From the IMG/VR virus record IMGVR_UViG_3300031951_000103: a DNA stretch of 64,000 nt; one strand, 5' to 3'. Shown here in pieces: positions 55,067 through 64,000 of the stretch (within the stretch, counting starts at the first letter, position 1; each line of letters starts with the position of its first letter). Origin of the DNA: an uncultured virus (IMG/VR IMGVR_UViG_3300031951_000103) (lineage: Duplodnaviria > Heunggongvirae > Uroviricota > Caudoviricetes). The position numbers and the translations under genes are program-made. Under the pieces are notes generated by a model. The model was not told where the DNA came from, searched no databases, and saw nothing but the letters and a program-made list of their open reading frames with translations.

Positions 55067-55435
55067 TTAAAAAGAAACAACTTCTTCTGAGACAGTATCT
55101 GTCTTTTTAAGTTTTGTAATTTTTGCAAAATTATTAACTCTAATTTTGAGACTTGAGCGTTTAACGCCATCCTTTTCCCAAGTATCGTTTCTAGCAGTAC
55201 CTTCGATCATAACCAAATCTCCTTTCTTAAAAGATGATGCAATAACTTCCGCACCACTATCCCATGCTTCGCATGGCAAGTATGAAACCACCTTATCTTT
55301 GGTTCCATTCGCTCTTGTAAAATCCTTAGATACAGCAACAGTAAATGAAACTACTGATGTTTGTTTATCTCCAGTAGTTACTGTTCTTAGTTCTGGATCT
55401 CTTGTTAAGTTACCACGCAAAAGTACAATATTCAT
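55067..55435 (-). CDS. ssb: single-stranded DNA-binding protein
   Basis: MN.V.L.GNLTRDPELR...F.VAV...CEAW...KKG..V..EG....W; AGGAG RBS. Confidence 0.92.
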   Translation of the reverse strand: MNIVLLRGNLTRDPELRTVTTGDKQTSVVSFTVAVSKDFTRANGTKDKVVSYLPCEAWDSGAEVIASSFKKGDLVMIEGTARNDTWEKDGVKRSSLKIRVNNFAKITKLKKTDTVSEEVVSF

Positions 55436-55476
55436 CAAAGTCTCCTTTTTAAAAAATAATCACAACAAGTTAACAT

Positions 55477-55504
55477 ATTATATACAATATTGATCACTGG
55501 TCAA
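55477..55504 (-). promoter_or_regulatory. sigma70-type promoter for ssb: TTGACC-16 bp-TATAAT
   Basis: Near-consensus hexamers in the intergenic gap. Confidence 0.7.
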
Positions 55505-55505
55505 G

Positions 55506-57101
55506 CTATATGACAAAACATTTTTTTACAATAACACTATTGTCTTTTTTTGCTTTTTGACCATTAAACATCAACACTCGACCATCTACTAATAGGTCTT
55601 TGTAATTCATAAATTCATCTGGAAAGATAACGCAATCTGTTGATCCATAAGAATCTGACACTTTTATAAAACACATTTCCTGACCGGGATTTTTCCCTTT
55701 TTTAGTTTTGATAATATTAATGCTATCAATTTCTGCTATTAGAAAAAACTGTTTTTCTGATGGAAAAGTTTTTATATTTTTACAGTCTGTATTTGCATAA
55801 GAAGAGTCATAAGAATCAGTTTTAGCACACGTGATTGACGCTCCTAAAAATTCTTTCTCGTTGTCCGCTATCCATTCTGGTTCATCTATCATAGAATAAG
55901 AAGGGTCTGCAACTTGATTCAATATACTAATTACTTTCGTTTGTCTATTTTTCATAATTTTGCCATCACCAACCAGTTGTCTTAATGTTTCTAAAACTGT
56001 TTTATTATTGATACAAAATAATAAGCACTGTTCTATTTCTTTTTTTGATAATTGTGTTATTAAATTAAACTCATACAGCATTTGATTTCTTGATACTTTT
56101 AGATAGTCTAAAGCCCCACTACATATCAATGCTTTTGCGGATGAGCTGTTGATGTTCAATAATATAGAGAATAGTGTTTGTGGCCAATAAAGTTTATTTA
56201 AATCTATATCTTTGATTAATTCATATAATTTATCATATACAGAATCTCCAAGGCTCTTGATATTCGTGAGACCAAAATATATTTTTTTATTATTGATAAT
56301 AAATTCTTTATTTTTTAATCTCAGGTCTGGACCAAATATATCTATATCCATCTCTCTAGCATTATTAATTAATTCTAACATTTCTTCTTGAGGATCTATT
56401 TTATCCTTAGCTAATTTTAAATAGGACAAGAAAAATATTAAAGGAAAATGAGCTTTTGCATGGGCGCTGATGTAGGCATTTATAGCATAGCTCACAGCAT
56501 GGCTTTTATTAAAAGAATATCTTTGGCTTTTTTCTATCCAGCTAAAAATTTGCTCTGTTTGATCTTCAGCAACTAAACCCTTAACTTTAGATCCTTCCAA
56601 GAACTTTAATTTAATTTTTGCCATTTCTTCTGGCTTTTTCTTACCAATAGCCTTTCTTAGCATATCTGCTTCTTGCAAATTAAAACCAGCTATGTCTTTA
56701 GCTATCTCCATAGCTTGTTCTTGATAGACCATCTCCCCATAAGTATTTTTTAATATAGGCTCCAATGCTTCATGAAAATAGTCAATAGACTCTAATCCAT
56801 TTTTTTTATCTATAAAATGATTACTAACACTTTTTCCATCCCTTATCGCTTCCAAACATCCTGGTCTCATTATGCTAATTAAAGCCGATAATTGCTCTAT
56901 ATTTTCTGGTTTAAGTTTTTTTGCCATACTTTGGCCAAGCCTAGACTCTAATTGAAATACTCCTTTTGTATTTCCTTCGGAAATTAAACTCCAGGTCTTA
57001 TTACATTCAAAATCTATAGATGACGGATCATATTCTATAGTTTTATTAGATCCAAATACCGAACAATTAAACTGACAACCGCAAGCAAAATTAAGATTCA
57101 T
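55506..57101 (-). CDS. dnaE: DNA polymerase III alpha, C-terminal half (fingers, HhH, OB fold)
   Basis: GVFQLES, RPG, YQEQ.M, AD.LRKAIGKK, YSFNKSHA..Y, GL..IK.LG, C-terminal OB fold. Confidence 0.93.
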   Translation of the reverse strand: MNLNFACGCQFNCSVFGSNKTIEYDPSSIDFECNKTWSLISEGNTKGVFQLESRLGQSMAKKLKPENIEQLSALISIMRPGCLEAIRDGKSVSNHFIDKKNGLESIDYFHEALEPILKNTYGEMVYQEQAMEIAKDIAGFNLQEADMLRKAIGKKKPEEMAKIKLKFLEGSKVKGLVAEDQTEQIFSWIEKSQRYSFNKSHAVSYAINAYISAHAKAHFPLIFFLSYLKLAKDKIDPQEEMLELINNAREMDIDIFGPDLRLKNKEFIINNKKIYFGLTNIKSLGDSVYDKLYELIKDIDLNKLYWPQTLFSILLNINSSSAKALICSGALDYLKVSRNQMLYEFNLITQLSKKEIEQCLLFCINNKTVLETLRQLVGDGKIMKNRQTKVISILNQVADPSYSMIDEPEWIADNEKEFLGASITCAKTDSYDSSYANTDCKNIKTFPSEKQFFLIAEIDSINIIKTKKGKNPGQEMCFIKVSDSYGSTDCVIFPDEFMNYKDLLVDGRVLMFNGQKAKKDNSVIVKKCFVI

Positions 57102-57786
57102 TAATAAAAGATCCTTTAAAATTTACTTTTTCTGCCAATCTTCTATGTAGTCTTAAAAATCTAACTAAGATTTTAGCGCAATCCTGTACATCTTTTAGAG
57201 CATCATGCGCTCCTTCTTTTGAAATGCCTAAATAATCTCTTACTGTATCCAATGAATAGCTTTTTAAATCAGAACTTTCGAACCAATAAAAAACTAAATT
57301 CATGATATCTAAGACATCTCTAGGATAAAATAATGATGAAATATTTTCTTTTGCTTCAATATTTTTATATTTATGAGACAATCTATTAATAATTTTTAAA
57401 TCAAATCTATGGATATTATATCCAGCAGCTATTGGCGCAGAAAATACACTCTTTTTCTTTCTATTCCCGCAATGATATTTATCAAGATAAGAAATAAATG
57501 AATTCCATGCTATTTGTTGCGAAGGATATTGTCTCCATTGTTTGTATATATCCTCTTTAGAACACCCTTTAACTCTAGCATGAAAATCCATTATATCAGT
57601 ATCATATATGTACTCGGAGTTAGTTTCCATAACTTCTGGTTTACAGAAAACATTAAACTCTGAATCTTTTATAATCTCTAATCTTATTGGATCTATCATT
57701 ACCGCAGATAACTGTACTGGACTACAAATCTCTGGATCAGATCCATCTGTCTCAAAATCAAAAACGCATATTTTTTTAGTTAACAT
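57091..57786 (-). CDS. DEDDh 3'-5' exonuclease (DnaQ/epsilon-like)
   Basis: VFDFETDG, AGYNIHRFDL, AHDALKD motifs. Confidence 0.88.
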   Translation of the reverse strand: MLTKKICVFDFETDGSDPEICSPVQLSAVMIDPIRLEIIKDSEFNVFCKPEVMETNSEYIYDTDIMDFHARVKGCSKEDIYKQWRQYPSQQIAWNSFISYLDKYHCGNRKKKSVFSAPIAAGYNIHRFDLKIINRLSHKYKNIEAKENISSLFYPRDVLDIMNLVFYWFESSDLKSYSLDTVRDYLGISKEGAHDALKDVQDCAKILVRFLRLHRRLAEKVNFKGSFINES

Positions 57787-57965
57787 CAATTACTTTCAAT
57801 CTTTTCAACTTCATCTAATGGTTTTAGGACGATCTTTTCATTGGTCTGAACAAGTTCACAGTTATATTTTACTTTACAACAACTTGCTTTGACTTCTTGA
57901 ACCTTTAAATACTCTTGATTATTAAATTTAAATTTTTCACCAACTGCTAATTCATGAAATTTCAT
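57786..57965 (-). CDS. 59-aa SH3/KOW-like protein (MKFHELAVGEKFKFNNQEYLKV...), not in ORF track
   Basis: AAGGAG RBS; TGATG coupling to the exonuclease; overlaps the DnaE-N stop. Confidence 0.7.
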   Translation of the reverse strand: MKFHELAVGEKFKFNNQEYLKVQEVKASCCKVKYNCELVQTNEKIVLKPLDEVEKIESN

Positions 57966-59835
57966 TATTAACTCCTTTTCTAAGATATTCTGAGATATAC
58001 ATAATTTTATCTAACATAGCGACGCCTAAAATATCAAATTTTACTACGCCTATACTTTCTAAATCTTCCATTTCCATACCAGCAATTTTAGTTTTTGTTT
58101 TTGGGTCATATATCATTGGACATATTTGAGAAAGATCTGAATCGGCAATAACTACTCCTGCGGCATGTTTTGACTGATTAACTTTCGTTCCCTCAAGTCT
58201 TATAGCCTGTTCAAATCTTTTGGCAAGTGGTCCTTGAAATTCATTATTTTCATCAATAAAGCACCATTCCTTAAGTTTTTCTGATTCGTTTTCTAAGGCC
58301 CATCTTATAATAGAGGCTTCTCCAGTTTCATCTTTCATTTCCTGTAATTCATCAGCAATTTTTGCTTCATCTGGAATATTTTTAGTAATCTTATTCATTT
58401 CTTCAAAATTAATATTGCCATAAACTCTCAAAACATCTTTTATTGCTCCACGACCTTTAATAGTATTAAAAGTAACCATTTGAGAAACTTGATTTGCTCC
58501 ATATTTTTCTTTTATATAAGAAATAATTTCTTCTCTTTTTTCTATCGGAACATCGACATCAATATCTGGCATACTAACTCTATCTTTTGTATTACGTCCA
58601 GAATTATAAAATCTATCAAACATTAGGTTATATTTAATAGGATCTATTCCTGTTATACCTATTAGGTAAGAGACAAGACAACCTGCCGCACTACCCCTTC
58701 CTGGTCCTGGAAGCCACCTATTTTGTCTAACATAATCAACTATATTTTGCACTATTAAAAAGTAGCTTGATAATCCAGCTCCTTGCAAGATATCTAATTC
58801 ATATTTAATCCTATCTAAATATACTTGTTGATTATCTTTATCAATCACATTAGCTATTTTTTCTTTCCATCCGTTTCTACACAGTTGTCTTAAAAATTCA
58901 TCTGGGTTTGGACTACAATCAAATGGGGGTAGTCGTGGTCTGCTAGTTATATCGTATTGTTCACACATATCAGATACTAAAATAGTATTATTAATTTCTT
59001 CTTCTGTATGCAAAGACCTAATTTCTTCTTGTGATAAAATATGAAAATTATCAGATAGAAAAAAACATCCCAATGGAACGTCTTGGTTGTTATTAATTTT
59101 TTTACTAATTTCTGGTAGTGTTGTTTTTAAATTATTACAAAGAAGAATTCTTTGATCAGAAGCGTCTTCTTTTCTGACATAATGAGCGTCTGGAGTAGCA
59201 ACTAATTTTGTCTGTGTTAAAATACCGAGTTCTCTAATACAATCTGTTAAAGGTTTTTGTATTGGAGTATTTTCACTATCCATTAATTGAGCCTCTAAGA
59301 AAAAATTATCCTTACCAAAAATATCTTTTAGTTGCCAAATAGTATTTTGTCCAATATTTTTCCAGTCGCTAACAATTTGATTATTATCTACTAATTTATC
59401 GGCCAATAACGAACCAAGATGACCACATATGCCTATCAAATTGCCGTCACAGAACCTTCTCAGGTTGTTTAAATCGATTCTAGGCTTGTGATAATAAAAG
59501 TCCGGCCTGTTGGACTCTGAAACTAAACCAATCAGTTTCTTCCATCCTTCTAGGTTTTTGGCTAAAATTAAAAAATGACTTAATTCTTTGTTGTCTTTTG
59601 TTTGATTAGTAACATCAGAATCGCAAACATATATTTCACAGCCTAATATTGGTTTGATTCCTGCTTTAGTCATTTCTTTATGAAATTTGATTGATCCAGC
59701 TATTGTTCCGTGATCGGTTAATGCGCACGCAGTTGCGCCAATTTCTAAACATCTTGAAGCTATTTGAGATGGTTTGGATAATCCATCTAATAAGCTATAC
59801 ATAGAGTGACAGTGTAGAGGATTATAGTTTTTCAT
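57952..59835 (-). CDS. dnaE: DNA polymerase III alpha, N-terminal half (PHP plus palm)
   Basis: HCHS.YSLLDG, TDHG, GPGRGSAAG, PDIDVD, HAAGVV, KFDILG. Confidence 0.95.
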   Translation of the reverse strand: MKNYNPLHCHSMYSLLDGLSKPSQIASRCLEIGATACALTDHGTIAGSIKFHKEMTKAGIKPILGCEIYVCDSDVTNQTKDNKELSHFLILAKNLEGWKKLIGLVSESNRPDFYYHKPRIDLNNLRRFCDGNLIGICGHLGSLLADKLVDNNQIVSDWKNIGQNTIWQLKDIFGKDNFFLEAQLMDSENTPIQKPLTDCIRELGILTQTKLVATPDAHYVRKEDASDQRILLCNNLKTTLPEISKKINNNQDVPLGCFFLSDNFHILSQEEIRSLHTEEEINNTILVSDMCEQYDITSRPRLPPFDCSPNPDEFLRQLCRNGWKEKIANVIDKDNQQVYLDRIKYELDILQGAGLSSYFLIVQNIVDYVRQNRWLPGPGRGSAAGCLVSYLIGITGIDPIKYNLMFDRFYNSGRNTKDRVSMPDIDVDVPIEKREEIISYIKEKYGANQVSQMVTFNTIKGRGAIKDVLRVYGNINFEEMNKITKNIPDEAKIADELQEMKDETGEASIIRWALENESEKLKEWCFIDENNEFQGPLAKRFEQAIRLEGTKVNQSKHAAGVVIADSDLSQICPMIYDPKTKTKIAGMEMEDLESIGVVKFDILGVAMLDKIMYISEYLRKGVNNEIS

Positions 59836-60875
59836 TCGGCGCTTCCTGGTGCTTTATATTTTCCAAAAGAATGATTAGGGTGTTTATATAAATTGGTGGT
59901 TTCATCAATTCCATAAAGTTCTATATCATGTTTGATTTGTTCACATTTTGTCATAAAACTATCTTTGCGAGACACCTGACCATCACGATACTCCATAGTC
60001 GGCAAAATGCAAGTATTCTCAAAAGTTGTTTTGCCAAAATGACACAGCTTATTACACATCCATGTTTTTGATAATTTAGGTTTTTTGGTTCTTTTGATAA
60101 TTTCGAATTTATTCTTTAACATAGATTCTGTTTCTGTCATATCATTTTTATCAAATAATACCGAAAATGGACCACCATCATTAATAAAATATATAGTAAA
60201 AATTACGTGATCAAATTCAGGAAAGATATGACTAATAGCATAATGGTATATCATTAACTGAGGATCTTTTTGTAATTTTTCGTGTGTTTTTTCTTGACCG
60301 GTTGCCCAGTCTAATCTTTTGCCTGTTTTCCAGTCTATGACTTCTAATGTTTTGTCATCTACTTTTGTTATTAAATCTATTGTGCCTTTTAAAGCTAAAT
60401 TTCCTTTCATGTTTCCTTCAGGAGTGTTAAAATCATATTCTGCCCATTTTTTATTAATAGTAAAATCAAAATGTTGTTCTGGACTTAATATTTGTCGATT
60501 TCTTGGATCAAACATACCATTATTAAATTCAATAGCTTTATATGACCATTCTTTACAATCTTTTAGATCTTTGGGGGTCCATTTATGATGATCAAATTTG
60601 GCGGAATAATATTCATAAACTTTATTTATGATTGAATCCAATGAATAGTTATTAACATTAATTTCTCCAACAACATCATCAATAAAAGTTGAATTACCAT
60701 CTTGTTGTTGTTGTTTAATAACTGCTAGTATCTCTAATATCTTATGAACGATGGTTCCCTTATCTGCTTTTTGTCCAGAAGGACCTCTCCATCCCAATAC
60801 GTATTCGAGATAGTATTGTTGTTCACACATATTGTGCGTATTAAAAGAACTGCTTCTAAAATATGTTATTATAAT
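59832..60875 (-). CDS. PD-(D/E)xK Cas4/RecB-like exonuclease (likely ATT start at 60875)
   Basis: S.S....C...Y.LEY.LG, GT.VH, GTIDL, IDWKTG, QL..Y; C-terminal Cys cluster. Confidence 0.85.
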   Translation of the reverse strand: MIITYFRSSSFNTHNMCEQQYYLEYVLGWRGPSGQKADKGTIVHKILEILAVIKQQQQDGNSTFIDDVVGEINVNNYSLDSIINKVYEYYSAKFDHHKWTPKDLKDCKEWSYKAIEFNNGMFDPRNRQILSPEQHFDFTINKKWAEYDFNTPEGNMKGNLALKGTIDLITKVDDKTLEVIDWKTGKRLDWATGQEKTHEKLQKDPQLMIYHYAISHIFPEFDHVIFTIYFINDGGPFSVLFDKNDMTETESMLKNKFEIIKRTKKPKLSKTWMCNKLCHFGKTTFENTCILPTMEYRDGQVSRKDSFMTKCEQIKHDIELYGIDETTNLYKHPNHSFGKYKAPGSAE

Positions 60876-61489
60876 GATATTATTCCTTGTTTAATAAGAA
60901 ATCTTTTTATAAGATAATTTTTTTGATCTATATTGCAGCCGTCGTTATCAATGATACAACTAAATTTAGTCCAGTCATATTTATCTGGATCCAAGGCACA
61001 TTCTGGTTCAGATATAGACCTAAAGGGGTTTCTTGTTAATCTAACAACATAACCACCGATATCTAATATTGGATCTACTTCATTAGGAAATCTATTATCT
61101 AACAATAATGCAATGTCTGGTTTATCGTCTTGTATTTTTTTGAGCGTGGTAGTTACCCATATATCGTCCTTCATTTTTCTAAATATTTTTGTACCAACAT
61201 ATTCCATAACTTCTCTTGCTGTCATGAATCCTTTTAGATTTCCGTTATACCCAAGCATATCTTCCCACCGTATCATGGTAATGGTATTTTTATCTTCATC
61301 GCTACCATAACATTGTTGTTCTGTTAATCCTAATAAATTGATACAAATATCCTTTTTTAATGGATCAGCAAAACTATAGGTTTTAACGCTGATTGTTGGT
61401 TCTATGTCATAGATAAGATTTTTTATGTATTCTCCAGATGTGCTTTTGCCCGATTGTTTTCTTCCAGAAAATGCTATAATTTTAGTCAT
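60869..61489 (-). CDS. deoxynucleoside monophosphate kinase
   Basis: SGRKQSGKST, FADPLK, RE.ME..GT...R, D.RFPNE. Confidence 0.88.
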   Translation of the reverse strand: MTKIIAFSGRKQSGKSTSGEYIKNLIYDIEPTISVKTYSFADPLKKDICINLLGLTEQQCYGSDEDKNTITMIRWEDMLGYNGNLKGFMTAREVMEYVGTKIFRKMKDDIWVTTTLKKIQDDKPDIALLLDNRFPNEVDPILDIGGYVVRLTRNPFRSISEPECALDPDKYDWTKFSCIIDNDGCNIDQKNYLIKRFLIKQGIISL

Positions 61490-62637
61490 ATTTTACTCTT
61501 AATTTCTTCATTTATTTGATCACAAGATAATTCTGCTATATCATTTTTACTAATTCTAATATTGGTTATATTATATGTGTTTTTGCATTTGTCGTAAATA
61601 ATTTGTCTAGCTTTTTCACCAGCTTCATCATTATCAGTTATTATAATAATATTCATTGCTCCAGAACCATCCAGTATAATTTTTTGTCTATCGCTTAGAT
61701 TAGAACCAAAAAGAGCCACAGAGTTATGAATGCCACATTCCTCTAGTCTCCATACATTACCAGGACTTTCTACAAGGATAACGCTAGATTGTTCCATAAT
61801 AAAATCTTTCGCATACCAAAAATTATATAAATAATTTTGGCTTTTGAAATCAGCATTATGTTTCCATTTTGGGTATTTCCATGTTTCTTCTTTGTTTGGA
61901 CAGATATTGTCTGGATTGTGATAACAGTTGCATGATGAACATTTTTCAAAAATACTACGACCAGTACACCCAACGACATACTTATGATTTTGGTCATATA
62001 TAGGAGCTACGGCCCTATTATACATTTCTTTTTCTGGCTTATCACACAATCCCACATCATATTTATCCAATATATTTTTTGAAAAACCCCTAGAAATAAA
62101 ATATTCACATGGTATAACCAAAGCATTTCTAGCAATAGGTCTTGTTATTTGGCTTTTAACTAAAACGGTATCTGTTGATACTATGTTTTTAACTATATTA
62201 GCAAATTTTTTCTTTTCTATTTCTGTCTTAGATATTTTAATATTGTGTAATTTATTACCTAAAAATTCTTCGATAAAATCAATAGTTTCTTTAAAAGATG
62301 CTGTGGTGTCTCCATTTTTTTGCCAATTATATTTTTTATTAGAAAGAACACCTCTAATAAATCCTATAATAGATCCTTTAAAAATCTTATCACAATTGTG
62401 TGTCCTACATTTCCAATTTCCTCTATAACTATCGCCGTCTGGATATAGGTTAAAAGCGCTTTTGTTATCTCCATTATGAATTGGGCATTCTCCAACTAGC
62501 ATTTTACCATTGTTTTTTATGGAATCTATTCCTAGTGTATCTAAAAGATTTTCTATATTATCGCACAATGAATCACAAATTACTTTTAATTGGTGTTGAT
62601 TATACGAACGGAATGTTTTGGTCATTTGTTTGTTCAT
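61486..62637 (-). CDS. dnaG: DNA primase (zinc finger plus TOPRIM); start uncertain
   Basis: CPIH.GDN...W.C..H.C; LVES...; DNDEAG; extra Cys/His insert. Confidence 0.88.
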   Translation of the reverse strand: MNKQMTKTFRSYNQHQLKVICDSLCDNIENLLDTLGIDSIKNNGKMLVGECPIHNGDNKSAFNLYPDGDSYRGNWKCRTHNCDKIFKGSIIGFIRGVLSNKKYNWQKNGDTTASFKETIDFIEEFLGNKLHNIKISKTEIEKKKFANIVKNIVSTDTVLVKSQITRPIARNALVIPCEYFISRGFSKNILDKYDVGLCDKPEKEMYNRAVAPIYDQNHKYVVGCTGRSIFEKCSSCNCYHNPDNICPNKEETWKYPKWKHNADFKSQNYLYNFWYAKDFIMEQSSVILVESPGNVWRLEECGIHNSVALFGSNLSDRQKIILDGSGAMNIIIITDNDEAGEKARQIIYDKCKNTYNITNIRISKNDIAELSCDQINEEIKSKI

Positions 62638-64000
62638 CAATTGAAAACCCATTATTATTTTTATCAATATTATTAGAAATTTCTAGTTTAGTTCTGCCTT
62701 CTGTAATTTTAGCACACCAGCCTTTCATATGACAATTAATATAATCATTGTCATCCAATCCTCCTCCATGTCTACTAATTATTGGAACCAATTTTCTATT
62801 ACCTTCATTTGGTCCGTCTTCAGCTATTTCCTCATCACTTTTTCTCTTAAAAATACTAAAATTACTACATAACCAAATAATTCTATCAGAACCGCTGGCA
62901 GAATCAGTGCTTTCTTTTGTAATGCCATCTCTGTTTAATTGAATAAAAGCCAATATTGGTATTTGATATTTGACGGCAAAATTATGAAGTGCTGTCATCA
63001 TAAATCCTAATACCTGATATTCTTTCATATCAGAAGATATGCCCGAAGCATCCATGAGCTTTAAATAATCATATATAACAACACAATTTTTAGCTGTTCC
63101 ATCATCATTTAATCCAACAGTTTTTATTAACCATCGTTTCATAATAGACAGTTGTTCATCAAACCCCTTACCCGCTATAACTTTATGGTATAGTGGTGTA
63201 TCATTTAAGTCTTTGATAGCTTTTTGAATTTTATTTTTGTTATTCGGGGTATCAGTTGATTTACCTGTTTCTATTTTTTTTATCTCAATTTCTGTATGCA
63301 TCGCCATTAATCTATGGATATGATCCTTTTTACTCATTTCTGTATCCATATTTAAAACTGGAATTTTTAATTTATTTGCTATATAAAAACCAATATTATC
63401 TGCTAATAATGTTTTACCAGTTTTGGGTCTAGCTCCTATTACATTAACAGTACCACGCCTCAAACCTCCGCCTATTGCTTCGTCATATACTGAAAAACCA
63501 GTCGGTATTCCGACTTGATCAATCTGATTTTCTGATAAATATTGAATATATTCTTCTAATCCATTACCGATATGTTCTGGTTCATTTTCTTGATCATTTC
63601 CAAGAGATGTTGAAAAATCTAATACAGCATCTTCAGCTATGCTTAAAATAGAAGAAATAGATTCAGAGCCGGTAACATCCAATAAATTGTCTTGTGTTGA
63701 TTCTAGTTTAGCGTGTAACAATCTAGCTATTTCAAGTTTTCTTATTTTAGAAGCAAACTTTTTAACATTTTCTTTATTAACTGGAAAATCGATAATAGCT
63801 TTTAAGTGCTGTGCTTCTTCTTTTCTGGATAATATATCATTAAAACCAAGTTCTTGTGCGGCTGAATATATTGATGGTAAATCTATATTTTTGGTTGAGT
63901 GGCCAGATGAACAAATTAGTTGCATGCATTTAAAAATCATGCTATTACTATCTATAGTAAAAGAGGAAGGCTGTAAAATATCAGCAATTTCAATATATGT
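62600..64000 (-). CDS. dnaB: replicative DNA helicase (5' end beyond the window)
   Basis: GIPTGF..D...GG, GARPKTGKT, EM, YDYL, QLNR; frame stays open to 64000. Confidence 0.93.
   Translation of the reverse strand, partial: TYIEIADILQPSSFTIDSNSMIFKCMQLICSSGHSTKNIDLPSIYSAAQELGFNDILSRKEEAQHLKAIIDFPVNKENVKKFASKIRKLEIARLLHAKLESTQDNLLDVTGSESISSILSIAEDAVLDFSTSLGNDQENEPEHIGNGLEEYIQYLSENQIDQVGIPTGFSVYDEAIGGGLRRGTVNVIGARPKTGKTLLADNIGFYIANKLKIPVLNMDTEMSKKDHIHRLMAMHTEIEIKKIETGKSTDTPNNKNKIQKAIKDLNDTPLYHKVIAGKGFDEQLSIMKRWLIKTVGLNDDGTAKNCVVIYDYLKLMDASGISSDMKEYQVLGFMMTALHNFAVKYQIPILAFIQLNRDGITKESTDSASGSDRIIWLCSNFSIFKRKSDEEIAEDGPNEGNRKLVPIISRHGGGLDDNDYINCHMKGWCAKITEGRTKLEISNNIDKNNNGFSIDEQTNDQNIPFV

Noticed and set aside
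55506..59835. split intein, intron or pseudogene explanation for dnaE
   Set aside because: No intein terminal motifs, no non-coding space for an intron core, and both halves retain catalytic motifs with coupled starts
59832..60875. Cas4 as evidence of a CRISPR-Cas system
   Set aside because: No array or other cas genes; stand-alone Cas4/RecB-like nucleases are common in phage replication modules
3618..62942. numerous 60-145 aa ORFs antisense to or nested in long genes
   Set aside because: Fully overlapped by motif-supported genes; no RBS or recognisable domains
1..64000. stop-codon reassignment, tRNAs, DGR/reverse transcriptase, integrase, tail sheath
   Set aside because: TAA, TAG and TGA all end genes with dense code-11 packing; none of the other elements was recognisable by eye (tRNAscan and HMM searches not run)

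Overview
The window is an AT-rich segment of a large tailed dsDNA bacteriophage (Caudoviricetes) using the standard genetic code. It is probably siphovirus-like, since a 3,400-aa tape measure protein is present and no tail sheath gene is seen. It has three blocks. (1) 1-2300 is a more GC-rich, minus-strand early/accessory region of small ORFs packed with regulatory motifs: three composite TTG(A/C)(C/A)A-GCCGATA promoters, four sigma54-type -24/-12 sites, two palindromic enhancer-like sites and about nine CCCC-N7-GGGG boxes. (2) 2333-45103 is a plus-strand packaging and virion operon: phage sigma factor, small terminase candidate, HNH, ERCC4 nuclease, TerL, portal, protease/scaffold, capsid, neck, two tail-tube paralogues, chaperones, tape measure, tail fibre, baseplate proteins, a 1,991-aa tail-tip protein with very long poly-Ser/Thr tracts, and a glycosyltransferase. 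(3) 45100-64000 is a minus-strand block of replication genes (DnaB, primase, dNMP kinase, Cas4/RecB-like nuclease, an intein-free split DnaE with a DEDDh exonuclease between the halves, SSB, Sak/Rad52-like protein) interleaved with about nine glycan-synthesis genes. The strongest candidate for an undescribed system is a phage-encoded virion O-glycosylation pathway acting on the serine-rich tail protein. All product calls come from motif recognition by eye; no database searches were run.
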